From the NCBI GenBank assembly GCA_965222225.1, contig CBDCTK010000002.1:5294977-5358976 (forward strand): 64,000 nt of DNA. The letters are read 5' to 3'. The notes beneath the pieces were generated by a model. It was given only the letters and a program-made list of their open reading frames with translations, made no database searches and was not told where the DNA came from. The stretch comes from Candidatus Poribacteria bacterium. GTDB lineage: Bacteria; Poribacteria; WGA-4E; JAJDTR01. Of this stretch, positions 1 to 9,157 are shown one piece after another (within the stretch, counting starts at the first letter, position 1; each line of letters begins with the position of its first letter). A program made the translations under genes and the position numbers.

Positions 1-1092
1 CCCTCGCGCGCTATTCCCGCGTCGAGCACCCGCGTTCACGGTATCGACAACGAAACGGTCAAAAATGAACCGAGTATCGAAGCGGTGCTTCCAAGCTTTC
101 TCAGTTTTATCCAAGACCGCATTCTCATCGGTCATAATGTAATTGAGTTTGACAATATGGTCTTGGAACGCGAACTCAGGCGATTGGATATCGGCTTATC
201 AAACCCTTGCTACGATACCCTCGTCACCGCTCAACGGCTTTATCCGCGCGAGTCCTGTAAACTTGAGGCGCTTTCTGAAAAATTCGGTATTGAACACGAT
301 ACCATGCACCGAGCGATTGAGGACGTACAGGTGAACCACCGTGTGTTTGAGGAGCTAATCAAGGTTAATCTCCGCCATCGCGAGGTGCGCTCATTGACAG
401 AGTTTTTGCCGTTTGTGGGAGTCGGGATCCTCGCAAGTCGGGCGGGGCGCTGGGAAACTGAAGGCTCTGAGAATGCCCTGAACGATGAACAACCGTCGGA
501 TGCCATAGGAGCCTTTCTTCAAGCATCTGCACGATACGTGCAACACCATCGTCCTGAGGCGGGTAAGTTGTTGTCATCCATGGGATCTACGGAGATAGAG
601 AAAATTGGAGAATTTTTTCAAACACTCCGAAAAACCACGCTCCCGAATTTTCCGGAAGATGGAGATTGGGAAAATAGGCGGGCAAAATTCATGAACGGCG
701 TTATACAATTCGAGAGGAATAGCCGTGAAAAGGAAATTTCTGGTTTCCTTGATTATCAAAAGTTAATCAATAGCGCCGACGAAACAGAGAGCGAAACCGA
801 CAAGATTACGTTGATGACCCTTCATGCGGCAAAGGGAACAGAGTTTCGAGTGGTCATCGTGACAGGAATGGAAGAGGGAACGTTCCCCATTAGGCGCAAA
901 GACCAGTCGTTGGCGGAAATTGAAGAAGAACGCCGATTGTTCTATGTCGGCATGACGCGAGCCAAGGATCGACTCTATCTCACCTCTGTTGTCCGTCGTC
1001 ACGGCGATTTAGAACGCGTGCCCTCCATGTTCACTCGCGAAATTCCATCGAACCTTATCAATCGATGGTCGCCGCGCGGTTTGAGGCATTGA
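1..1092 (+). CDS. 5'-partial protein with a DnaQ/DEDDh-type 3'-5' exonuclease domain followed by a UvrD-like helicase C-terminal domain
   Basis: Frame 1 is open from nt 1, so the ORF continues upstream of the window. The N-terminal part (…VHGIDNETV…ILIGHNVIEFDNMVL…HRAIEDV) shows exonuclease motifs II and III (H-x4-D). The C-terminus (LMTLHAAKGTEFRVVIVTGMEEGTFP…EERRLFYVGMTRAKDRLYLT) matches the UvrD/PcrA helicase motif VI region. Confidence 0.65.
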   Translation, partial: PSRAIPASSTRVHGIDNETVKNEPSIEAVLPSFLSFIQDRILIGHNVIEFDNMVLERELRRLDIGLSNPCYDTLVTAQRLYPRESCKLEALSEKFGIEHDTMHRAIEDVQVNHRVFEELIKVNLRHREVRSLTEFLPFVGVGILASRAGRWETEGSENALNDEQPSDAIGAFLQASARYVQHHRPEAGKLLSSMGSTEIEKIGEFFQTLRKTTLPNFPEDGDWENRRAKFMNGVIQFERNSREKEISGFLDYQKLINSADETESETDKITLMTLHAAKGTEFRVVIVTGMEEGTFPIRRKDQSLAEIEEERRLFYVGMTRAKDRLYLTSVVRRHGDLERVPSMFTREIPSNLINRWSPRGLRH

Positions 1093-1149
1093 TTTACATC
1101 CAAACTGTCCTTGAGAGTATTCGCACATAGGTATGTTATATTTCGCCAC

Positions 1150-1226
1150 CTGTAGGAGCGATCTCCCGATCGCGACCTCCTGTTACGACAAAATTCAGGA
1201 ATCGCGAGCAAAACTCGCTCCTACTG
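1150..1226. repeat. Palindromic hairpin element, family copy 1 (CTGTAGGAGCGATCTCCCGATCGCGACC … TCGCTCCTACTG)
   Basis: A conserved 27-nt 5' module contains an inner perfect hairpin (GCGATC-TCCC-GATCGC). An outer 11-nt inverted repeat (ctgtaggagcg / cgctcctac(t)g) encloses about 50 nt. The same module recurs at 8685, 14476, 14674, 16069 and 44362. Confidence 0.75.
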
Positions 1227-1326
1227 AAAACGCACAGTGAACTGCAGTATTACAAACCGAAGTTTGTAAGTTTTATCTTCGGTTAGATTTACCAAACGTC
1301 TCAGCGTTTCACGCGGAAGAATCAGC

Positions 1327-2097
1327 ATGTTCGACTTACAGAACAGAGTTGCGTTCATCACCGGCGGAGCGCGTGGGATTGGACGCGGGTGCGCGCTTGA
1401 GATGGCAAAATGCGGCGCCGACATCGTCATCTACGACAAGGGGAATCGGGAGGCGGCAGCGGAAACCGTCGAAATGATTCGCCAAGTTGGCGGAGAGGCG
1501 ATTATTGTGGTTGGTGATGTTACTGATCGGAATGCTGTGGAGGCGGGCGTTCAACAAAGCATTGACCGTTTCGGCAAGATTGACATCCTCGTAAGCAACG
1601 CCGGAAGCAGTATCCGAAACCCATTTCTGGAACTCTCCGCTGAGGACGCCGCTCAAACGATTAATGTTTGCATGTGGGGAGTGTTCCATTGCACTCAGAT
1701 TGTTGCAAGGCACATGGTCGCGCGTGATGGAGGCGGAAAGATCCTAATCATCAGTTCCGTCCACGCCTTCATTCCGTTTGGGAATTCCGTTCCGTACAAC
1801 ACGGCGAAAGCGGGCATCATCAACATGGGAAACACAATAGCAACCGAGCTCGCACAACATCGCATCAACGTGAACGTCATTGAGCCCGGTTGGACGGACA
1901 CACCCGGAGAACGGAACTATTCGACCCGGGAGGAGCAGCGGGAAGGCGCGAAGAAATTACCTTGGGGACGGCTGGGAACGATTGAGGATATTGGGAAGTC
2001 GGCTGCGTTTCTGTGTTCGGACGCAGCCGACTACATCACCGGCGCCACGCTCCGCGTTGACGGCGGATACTGGTTGCCACGGTATCCGTCAGAGTAG
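1327..2097 (+). CDS. SDR-family oxidoreductase (3-oxoacyl-ACP reductase-like)
   Basis: TGGARGIGRG cofactor-binding motif. NAG and YNTAKAG (YxxxK) catalytic motifs. 256 aa. Confidence 0.85.
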   Translation: MFDLQNRVAFITGGARGIGRGCALEMAKCGADIVIYDKGNREAAAETVEMIRQVGGEAIIVVGDVTDRNAVEAGVQQSIDRFGKIDILVSNAGSSIRNPFLELSAEDAAQTINVCMWGVFHCTQIVARHMVARDGGGKILIISSVHAFIPFGNSVPYNTAKAGIINMGNTIATELAQHRINVNVIEPGWTDTPGERNYSTREEQREGAKKLPWGRLGTIEDIGKSAAFLCSDAADYITGATLRVDGGYWLPRYPSE

Positions 2098-2130
2098 AAG
2101 ACCATAGGATAGGTTGTCGAGATACTGCAC

Positions 2131-2209
2131 GATCAAGCGAGCGAATAGCGAGTGCGATAGAGATCCTAAGGCGATAGTAAATCCCTTAGTGAGGGCGATA
2201 GAAATCACC
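2131..2209. repeat. Intergenic degenerate tandem array (GATCAAgCGAgcGAATAG / GAGTGCGATAGAGATCC / GCGATAGTAAATCCC units)
   Basis: Three to four units of about 19-21 bp with the core GCGATAG-N3-ATCC. Same family as the arrays at 6968, 8513, 8953, 20711, 37571, 38007, 44705, 56955, 58279, 60150 and 60321. Confidence 0.8.
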
Positions 2210-2258
2210 TCATTGCGCGTCTCGAATCGGCTGTAACATTTGGATTTTTGAAATCGTA

Positions 2259-3335
2259 TTAAACCTCCGGTACCGGGACACGATAGGATTCGGCAATTTC
2301 TACCAAACGCTTCCAGGTTTTCTCTTCGATTGGAATCCCTTCCTTCATGCGTTGGGCGCGGCTATGCGCCTCAAATTCGCCGGGAACGTAGATTTCATCC
2401 ACGCCGGGAAGCCTGTTCGAGGATTTGACCCACTCAACCATATACTCTATCTCCTCGGTGTAGGTGTCGAGATCGATGAAATCCTGTATTTTCATGACAA
2501 TCATCACAATTCCGCTCCCGCCGCGAGTTGGTTCGTCGCGGCTGCACCCCGCCCATGAGAGTCCACCGGCAATTGCATCAATCATGAATCCCAAACCAAA
2601 ACCTTTATGCCCGAATTGGAAGCCCCCCAGCGGCATCACCGCCGTATCCTCTACCCTGTCATTAAACGCGCTCGGATCCGTAACCGGGTTACCCTCCGAA
2701 TCAATCATCCAGCCCTCCGGCATCTCCTGGTCGCGTGCCGATTTGATGGCGATTTTGCCGCCAGCCACGACGCTAAGCGTCATATCAAGCATTAGCGGTT
2801 CACCGTGCTTGCGAGGGACGGCAATCGCTATTGGATTGGGGGGCAACCGTCGTGAAGTTCCCCCGAACGGGTGCATGAAGCGGTTGCCGCCGTTGAGCAG
2901 GACGATACCAATCATCCCTTCCTCCGCAGCCTGAGGTGGGTAGGTTCCCATACGTCCGGCATGACCGCAGTTGTATAGCGCTACTGCTCCCAGCGTTCTC
3001 GATTTCGCCTTTTCGATGGCGAGATCCATGGCTTTCTTCGCCGCCACCATGCCAAGCGCATCGTTGACATTGATAACGGCGCTGGCGGGGGTTTCACGGA
3101 CAATTTCCATCCGCTCCTCCGACGGTCCCGCTTTCATCGTGTCTATGTAAAAATCGGTGCGCATCACGCCGTGCGAGTCGTGACCCATAAGATTGGAATC
3201 GCAGAGGTGATCGCTGACAATTCGCGCATCCTCCTCCACCGCGCCGACGTTGATATAGATGTTGTACACCATCTCCTTAAGTGCTGCGTATGGAACATGA
3301 ACCATAAAAATTTCTCCCTTCACAGTAGTAGGCAT
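2259..3335 (-). CDS. Ldh_2 family dehydrogenase (malate/L-lactate/ureidoglycolate/sulfolactate dehydrogenase type 2)
   Basis: 358 aa. N-terminal signature …DSNLMGHDSHGV…; the overall family pattern is recognised by eye only. Confidence 0.7.
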   Translation of the reverse strand: MPTTVKGEIFMVHVPYAALKEMVYNIYINVGAVEEDARIVSDHLCDSNLMGHDSHGVMRTDFYIDTMKAGPSEERMEIVRETPASAVINVNDALGMVAAKKAMDLAIEKAKSRTLGAVALYNCGHAGRMGTYPPQAAEEGMIGIVLLNGGNRFMHPFGGTSRRLPPNPIAIAVPRKHGEPLMLDMTLSVVAGGKIAIKSARDQEMPEGWMIDSEGNPVTDPSAFNDRVEDTAVMPLGGFQFGHKGFGLGFMIDAIAGGLSWAGCSRDEPTRGGSGIVMIVMKIQDFIDLDTYTEEIEYMVEWVKSSNRLPGVDEIYVPGEFEAHSRAQRMKEGIPIEEKTWKRLVEIAESYRVPVPEV

Positions 3336-3420
3336 ACTCCGTATGCCGTACTCCGCCTTCCTTGTAAAGTCCTAAAATAGGTTTACAGATTTTATTACGC
3401 ATTACTCTTCACGTATTACC

Positions 3421-3877
3421 CCTTAAATTACCGGCACGATTTCTACGTCCGAACGTTTGGCGAACTGATCAACCGCACCGTTGAAAACACCTCTGCTGCC
3501 ACGAACCAAATCCTCGCCGCGAGTCACGCTAAAGTTCTCATACGTCGTAGGATTGGGGTGAGACGAATTGGTTTCCTGAAAGTAGTGGGCAACAATGATT
3601 TTAGGCGTGACGTTCTCCTTGATTCAGGTTCGGGTTCCTGATACCAATTTCATTCATCAACTGTGTTAACTCCAAGTTGATTTAGGGCTTCCTTCAAAAG
3701 AAGATTTTTCAGTCCATCGGACCCGTACGTTCTATCGAAAAACTACACCGCGTCCTTGTTTTCGTCCAATCCTCTGCCACTCAACACTTCCCACAGATCC
3801 GCCGCAAAGACCTCTTGGGTGAGTCTTCCTTCTAAAATATCACTGTGCGGCACAGCAATTGTGTGGAAGGGATTCAT
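3421..3877 (-). pseudogene. Decayed gene remnants: a 44-aa N-terminal fragment (MNPFHTIAVPHSDILEGRLTQEVFAADLWEV…, stop after 44 aa) plus a downstream protein-like fragment (…IIVAHYFQETNSSHPNPTTYENFSVTRGEDLVRG…)
   Basis: Manual minus-strand translation gives clearly protein-like segments interrupted by stops. There is no intact ORF of 60 aa or more between the Ldh_2 gene and hepT. From memory the N-terminal motif resembles a defence-associated ATPase family (DUF499-like); this is unverified. Coordinates are approximate because the printed sequence line at 3781 is short. Confidence 0.35.
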
Positions 3878-3914
3878 TTGCGTAGCCCCTTAATCATCTG
3901 TTCAATCTTCAGCT

Positions 3915-4220
3915 TCAGAGCCGGCATATCTGATTGCACGATTTCCCAAACAATCTCAATATTGTGACATCGAAATATCCGTGAATGAGAATGTCTCTTA
4001 AGCCGGCAATTTTTCGCCACTCAACACTTGGATACTCCTCTCGAAGGGACTCAGGCACCTGTTTGACAGCTTCACCAATGACTTCAATGTTTTGGATAAT
4101 CGCGTCAAATCGCATCCGATCAGATTCAAACTCCGTGCGAGTGATTCCCTGCATGTACGCTTGAATTCGATTGATTGCTTCTAAAACATCTTCAAGGTAA
4201 ATCTCATAGTTTCGCGACAT
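3915..4220 (-). CDS. hepT: HepT-like HEPN toxin (DUF86) of a HepT/MntA toxin-antitoxin pair
   Basis: 101 aa. C-terminal R-x4-H-x-Y motif ([11 protein letters not shown]). Overlaps the upstream nucleotidyltransferase gene by 17 nt. Confidence 0.75.
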   Translation of the reverse strand: MSRNYEIYLEDVLEAINRIQAYMQGITRTEFESDRMRFDAIIQNIEVIGEAVKQVPESLREEYPSVEWRKIAGLRDILIHGYFDVTILRLFGKSCNQICRL

Positions 4221-4527
4221 ATTCGACTTCTTTTTCGATGTGCGGTCTCAAACCCGGTTTGACAGAATTGGAAATCACCAGGTCAATCTTTTTTTCAAAC
4301 AAATCTTCAAGGAATATACGTAGCCCCATGTAATTATCGAATGACAGTTTCTTAAATTCTACGAGCAGGTCAATGTCACTGTCCTCGCGGGCCGCACCAT
4401 TGACATAAGAACCGAAGAGTCCAAGCCATTTCACACTGTATTCTTTCAGTGTACCTTGGTGCTTAAGAAGCGTCTGTTCAATTTCGTTTTTGGATAAGAT
4501 GCTTGGCTTTATCTTTTCCGTTTCCAT
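4204..4527 (-). CDS. mntA: MntA-like minimal nucleotidyltransferase antitoxin
   Basis: 107 aa. GS…D-x-D motif ([22 protein letters not shown]). Lies immediately upstream of, and overlaps, hepT. Confidence 0.75.
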   Translation of the reverse strand: METEKIKPSILSKNEIEQTLLKHQGTLKEYSVKWLGLFGSYVNGAAREDSDIDLLVEFKKLSFDNYMGLRIFLEDLFEKKIDLVISNSVKPGLRPHIEKEVEYVAKL

Positions 4528-4613
4528 CTCTGCTTTTCCGCGATTCTACCAGCCTAGCCTTCTTGCGCGTTGAGATAGTCAAATCTCCTCCACGGCGCGA
4601 GTCTGCGTCTACC

Positions 4614-6899
4614 CTAAGACGATTCGGTTTCTCCTTCCTCGAAAGCGCTGCGAATCTCTTTGAAAAGTGTAATGGCTTTACGTCGCCTATCGTTGGGTAA
4701 ATCACTCGCATCCGTCATTTTGCTAAGCGCTCCGTGCACTCGGATAGCCAACGATTCCTTGGTGATTTCTATACCCTTGTCTTCCATAAATCGCTCGATT
4801 CCTTCCCAGATTACGCCTTCACCGCGTAAAGAAATCTCATTCACATTCGCAAGTGCTAGTTGCTTGCTGTAAGCATCCATAAGATCCTCTGCAAAAAAAT
4901 CCTCCGAAAAGAGGTCTTCAATAGCGAAATTACCATTGGTTCCCACGGCGTCACCCAGTAACAGAGATTTGGTTTGATGAGTTTTATAAGGTGCGAGCCA
5001 TGTTTTAACCAGTTTCACCTGAGCGCTTCGTCCTTCATCATCAGAATCGAACAAGGCGACCACCTTTAACCCCTGTCCGGTCATAAATGTGGCAATATTA
5101 ACAGCCGCGAAGGAGCTTCCCCCGGGCGTGGTGAGTACATCCTCCGGCAAGCCCCCTTTCCCATCTTGTTGCAGCAAGTTAGATAATTTCGTCAGGATTC
5201 GATACTCATTGACCCCCTCTACGACAAGATTGCGTTGGGCGACCACAAAACACTGTGAAGCGTTTATTCCTAAAGCTGCCTGAAATACGCGTTTTGCTTC
5301 TGGAGGGCTCTCGGTAAAGTCAGTCGTGACAACGGTGCCATTCTTCGTTTCCATCAACACTCGGATTCGGTCCGAATAGTTCAGATCAATCATAAAAGGA
5401 AGATGAGTCGTATAGAGAAGCGTATTCCCCTCTGCATAGTGGTCAAGCCGGAGAAGTAGGTCTTTTTGGGCATCGGGATGAAGATGAAGTCCGGGTTCGT
5501 CAAGGAGAACGACACATCCTTCAAACGATCCTTGACTTTCGTGCATCAACATGAGATCGAAGGGAAAAAACCACTGAAATCCTTTCGATCGCTCCTCCAG
5601 TCGAATGAGTGCCGGATCGTGATTGTCTTTTACAAAGGTGAAGAAATGCTGGCCGTCGGCGCGGTACTCAACTTCATATTGACGCTGACGAAGTCGATTC
5701 GAAATTTTACTCGTTAGCGTGGCGGTGCCATCGTCAAGATCGAATTGGCGTTGCTCGACATGGTCCGGATTGCCCTCTTCAAGATTAACCACCTCGTCTA
5801 AGCTCGACTTTGTACAAAAGTACAATGGTTGGGTTGTACGGAAAGCCATACAACACCAAACCCGTAGGCGGGGCATCTTGCCCCGCCATGCAACACCGAA
5901 ATTCGAGTGACACCCAACACATTATCTGCATGATACTGGAAACCGCTACCGACTTTTTCAATGGTCTGCCAAAAAGCCGAGAGAATCAAAATCTCCTTCG
6001 CTTTTCGACAACACTTGATTATCGCTGCTTGTTATGTCTCTAAAATGTACAAAGTCGAGCTAAGTCGAGACCGGATAACGTAAGGAGAGCCAGAAATGTG
6101 TTATCTTCGTCTGTCAAACGATTTTGGTCGTGGCGAACTTTAATCTCATCCAGTTGAGCCGTGCCGCTAAATGCCCTGTAATCAGACATATAGACAAATG
6201 TGGGCAAATGATCTCTAACGTACTTGTGCGCTTTTGATCGAATGGTAGGCAATTGTTCAAGTGTCTGAACAAACTGCTTAAGGCTTTTACCGTAGCAATT
6301 GACGAACTTGCTCTCAATCTGCTTCAAAGGGGCCTCCGGCGATCGCACTTCGCGCAACAACGACTTGTGCTTCTGTACCAGTTTTGTCAACTCTGTCAAT
6401 TGTCCCTCATGCGCCAGGCGTCTCGCGTCTTCAAGGCATTCACCGGCGCGATGTTTAATCGGTCACCGAGCCCTTCTGGAATCTCCGGCAGGGAATAGCA
6501 GGCTTTATCGACATCGCCCGGATGATGTTCATCCGAGAGAAAATCTTCCTCAAATTCTACAGTTAATTCACCGGCATAATTTCGTGACACCTCCACACAA
6601 TCCGGAATATCTTCGCACTCCGCCATTCGACCGAGATCCGACTTCTCCCGATCTGAGAGTCTAAGCCTTACTCGACAAACCTCCTGTTTTTCGCTTCGCC
6701 CTTTTCGATGGGCACGCGGCCACTCCCGTTCCATCTGGTATGGGTCCGGATTGTACGGGTTGAGCTTATGGAGCGCCTTCAGAAGGGTAGTCTTGCCTGA
6801 TTCGTTTTTGCCAACAAACACTGTTAGAGGATTCACCTCAATCCACCCGGAGTCAAGTATTCCTTTGTACATCTTTACACGAAAGGCAATCAAGTCCAT
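4614..6899 (-). pseudogene. Disrupted OLD-family ATP-dependent nuclease (ABC-type ATPase plus TOPRIM), split into three ORF fragments
   Basis: Fragment 6396..6899 carries the Walker A motif (VFVGKNESGKTTLLKAL). Fragment 4614..5876 carries Walker B (VVLLDEPGLHLHP) and the TOPRIM motifs (VVEGVNEYRIL; LFDSDDEG). Fragments 1 and 2 are joined by a frame break (the TGA stop overlaps a TTG). Fragments 2 and 3 are separated by the MITE-like insertion at 5802..6060. Confidence 0.65.
5802..6060. mobile_element. MITE-like non-autonomous insertion (259 bp) with perfect 15-bp terminal inverted repeats GCTCGACTTTGTACA, flanked by TAA direct repeats
   Basis: Left inverted repeat at 5802-5816 and right inverted repeat (tgtacaaagtcgagc) at 6046-6060. 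TAA lies at 5799-5801 and 6061-6063. The interior has no coding capacity and carries a GC hairpin (ggcggggcatcttgccccgcc). Removing the element plus one TAA joins ORF 6040..6399 and ORF 4614..5876 in frame (…TLSGLD|LDEVVNLEE…). Confidence 0.7.
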
Positions 6900-6967
6900 A
6901 AAAAAGTTCGAAATCTCCTATCTCGTTTCTTTAATAACCCATGTTGCTACCTATCCTGTAAATCGGG

Positions 6968-7045
6968 GTCAAGCGACTGAATAAGGAGTGCGATAGTAGA
7001 TCCTGATAGAGATCCCAGTGCGATAGCTAATCCAGCGCGATGAGT
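6968..7045. repeat. GCGATAG-family intergenic array
   Basis: gagtgcgatagtagatcc / tgatagagatccc / agtgcgatagctaatcc. Confidence 0.75.
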
Positions 7046-7318
7046 TCCCTTCTAACCCGATCCCTGAACGAAATCATGATATAAAAATTGCAATACAACC
7101 CTCGAAGGAACGTTTCCCACGATTTCCGATAGGTGACGACCTGAGCTCGGTACGAGTCATTTTATCATGGCGCCGTAGCGTAAACCAACTCCATCTTGGC
7201 TATAAGGTAATCATCTAACGATCGCAATGGATCTATTCACCATCCGGCCCGGACGCGCGACGAATAGCGCTTCTACGAACCGGCGGCGATGATCGCGCAT
7301 GAATATCAACCGTGCCCG

Positions 7319-8344
7319 CTACGCATTCCCTTTCCGATAAAAATCCTTAAACGCTTTAATGAGCGTGTAAATATCGTCTCTGCTGACATCCAAGTGAATT
7401 GTCAGGCGGATTGATGTGCCTCCTGATATCAGAATGCCTCTATTCTTCATAAATTCTGACAGTGCCGCTGAATCGGAATCGGTAACCCCAATATATACCA
7501 TGTTCGTCTGCGTAGGCGGGTAATTAACGATAACCTCGTCAATTTCATTGAGCCCGTCTGCCAAAAGGGCGGCGTTCACATGATCTTCCTCAAGCCTGTC
7601 AACCTGCTTCGTTAGTGCAAAAATACCCGCTGCCGCCAGTATCCCAGCTTGCCTCATACCGCCGCCGAGAACTTTACGCCAGCGGCGTGCCTCCTTTATT
7701 ACATCGGTCGTCGCGCAGAGCACCGATCCGACAGGAGCGCCCAACCCCTTTGAAAGACAGAATGAGACGGAATCGAAATTGCACGCGATTTCATTGACGG
7801 GAACCCTCTGCTTCACGGCAGCGTTGAACACGCGAGCGCCGTCAAGATGGAGTTTCAGATTCCGCTCTTGTGTAAACTTTCGCGCCTTGCGAAGATAGTC
7901 GAGAGGTAGAGCAATCCCGGCCCGCGTGTTCTCCAGACACAATAACTTAGTTCGAGCGTAGTGGAAATTGTCGGGTTTGATGGCGTTATCAACCGCGTCC
8001 AAATCCAGCGTGCCGTCGGAATCGAAATCTAGAGGTTGCGGCTGGATGCTGCCCAACACCGCCGCGCCGCCTCCTTCTGCCTTGTAGGTGTGGGCATCCT
8101 GTCCGACGACGTATTCATCACCCCGCTGACAATGTGACATTATCCCCAATAAGTTACTCTGCGTGCCGCTGGTGGCGAATACGGCTGCTTCCATCCCCAT
8201 GGTTTCCGCCGCGAGTTCCTCCAGACGGTTGACCGTTGGATCTTCGCCAAGAACATCATCACCGAGTTCTGCGGCCGCTATCGCCGCGGTCATACCCTCT
8301 GTAGGTCTAGTGGCTGTATCACTCCTCAGATCAATGACTTTCAT
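7319..8344 (-). CDS. ltaE: Low-specificity L-threonine aldolase (beta-eliminating lyase family)
   Basis: MKVIDLRSDTATRPTEGM… N-terminus and the overall PLP-enzyme pattern (…GTQSNLLG…). The likely start is the internal MKVIDL rather than the longest ORF start at 8422. Confidence 0.75.
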   Translation of the reverse strand: MKVIDLRSDTATRPTEGMTAAIAAAELGDDVLGEDPTVNRLEELAAETMGMEAAVFATSGTQSNLLGIMSHCQRGDEYVVGQDAHTYKAEGGGAAVLGSIQPQPLDFDSDGTLDLDAVDNAIKPDNFHYARTKLLCLENTRAGIALPLDYLRKARKFTQERNLKLHLDGARVFNAAVKQRVPVNEIACNFDSVSFCLSKGLGAPVGSVLCATTDVIKEARRWRKVLGGGMRQAGILAAAGIFALTKQVDRLEEDHVNAALLADGLNEIDEVIVNYPPTQTNMVYIGVTDSDSAALSEFMKNRGILISGGTSIRLTIHLDVSRDDIYTLIKAFKDFYRKGNA

Positions 8345-8444
8345 GATTTTCCTCAATGGTGTAGAACTTTGGCAATTGACGGTGCAAAGCCTGGTCGTTT
8401 GGAAATTCAACGCGAAGAACACATCAATCGCTGCAGATCTTAAT

Positions 8445-8470
8445 TATACCATTTCGCTTGAATAACAGTG
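8445..8470. repeat. Leader module TATACCATTTCGCTTGAATAACAGTG (second copy at 14599..14624)
   Basis: 24 of 26 nt are identical between the two copies, and each precedes a GCGATAG-type array. Confidence 0.7.
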
Positions 8471-8512
8471 CATATGATGCCTAAATTATATCATTCACTT
8501 TCTCCGTAAGCG

Positions 8513-8665
8513 GGGATCAAGCGAGCGATTAAGTGAGTGGACAATGAACGATCAAACGACTGAAAAAGGAGTGCGATAGTAGACCCTGATAGAGATCCTT
8601 TATGGAGTACGATAGTAAATCCCACAAAGGACATGAATAGTGACTGCGATGGAGATTCCATAGAA
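8513..8665. repeat. GCGATAG/GATCAA-family intergenic array (about 7 units)
   Basis: gatcaagcgagcgattaagtg / gatcaaacgactgaaaaag / gagtgcgatagtagaccc / tgatagagatcc / gtacgatagtaaatccc / ctgcgatggagattcc. Confidence 0.8.
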
Positions 8666-8684
8666 ACACCGTTAGGCATGTCTT

Positions 8685-8753
8685 CTGTAGGGGCGATCTC
8701 GCAATCGCGACCTTCCCCGCTCCAGCGGAAATCAGGGGATTGTCAATCGCACC
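8685..8753. repeat. Palindromic hairpin element variant (CTGTAGGGGCGATCTCGCAATCGCGACC) with CGCTCCAGCGGA module
   Basis: 5' module variant of the 1150 family. The CGCTCCAGCGGA motif recurs at 8868 and 60143. Confidence 0.6.
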
Positions 8754-8952
8754 TTGAGATACTAGCGCGACGGCCTCATCACAGTGTTCTGAGAATCACG
8801 ATGAGGTCTTCGTGTCTTGCACTCCCGGAGGAGTGCTATGTTAGTAGAAAGTAGGCCTTCCCTTCTCGCGCTCCAGCGGAGCGGCATGTATATCCTTCGA
8901 TTGGCGAGCACGCAGGTTCGGTGTAATTGCTCCAACGATTCTCGGCTATGGG

Positions 8953-9012
8953 GGATCAATCGAGCGGTAAGTGACCGATCAACTGAGCGAACAGCGAAGG
9001 CGATAGAGATCC
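8953..9012. repeat. GATCAA/GCGATAG-family array
   Basis: gatcaatcgagcggtaag / gatcaactgagcgaacag / cgaaggcgatagagatcc. Confidence 0.75.
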
Positions 9013-9157
9013 TATTCAGACAATTACCGAAATACCCCTGCCTTATACCTCATTCTTTTAGGGAATAGACCACCAAGTTAAGAATTTTGCGACGGAAATC
9101 CCACCAATACTTGACGAACTCTCTTAAATTAATCCCTATGCCAACAATATTACCCCT

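Noticed and set aside
3768-4033. An identical 14-16-nt string (tc.GCCACTCAACACTT) appears in the gene remnant (about 3768) and inside hepT (about 4018).
   Set aside because: It is read in different frames in the two places. A single short exact match could be chance or a recombination scar, and no further support was found.
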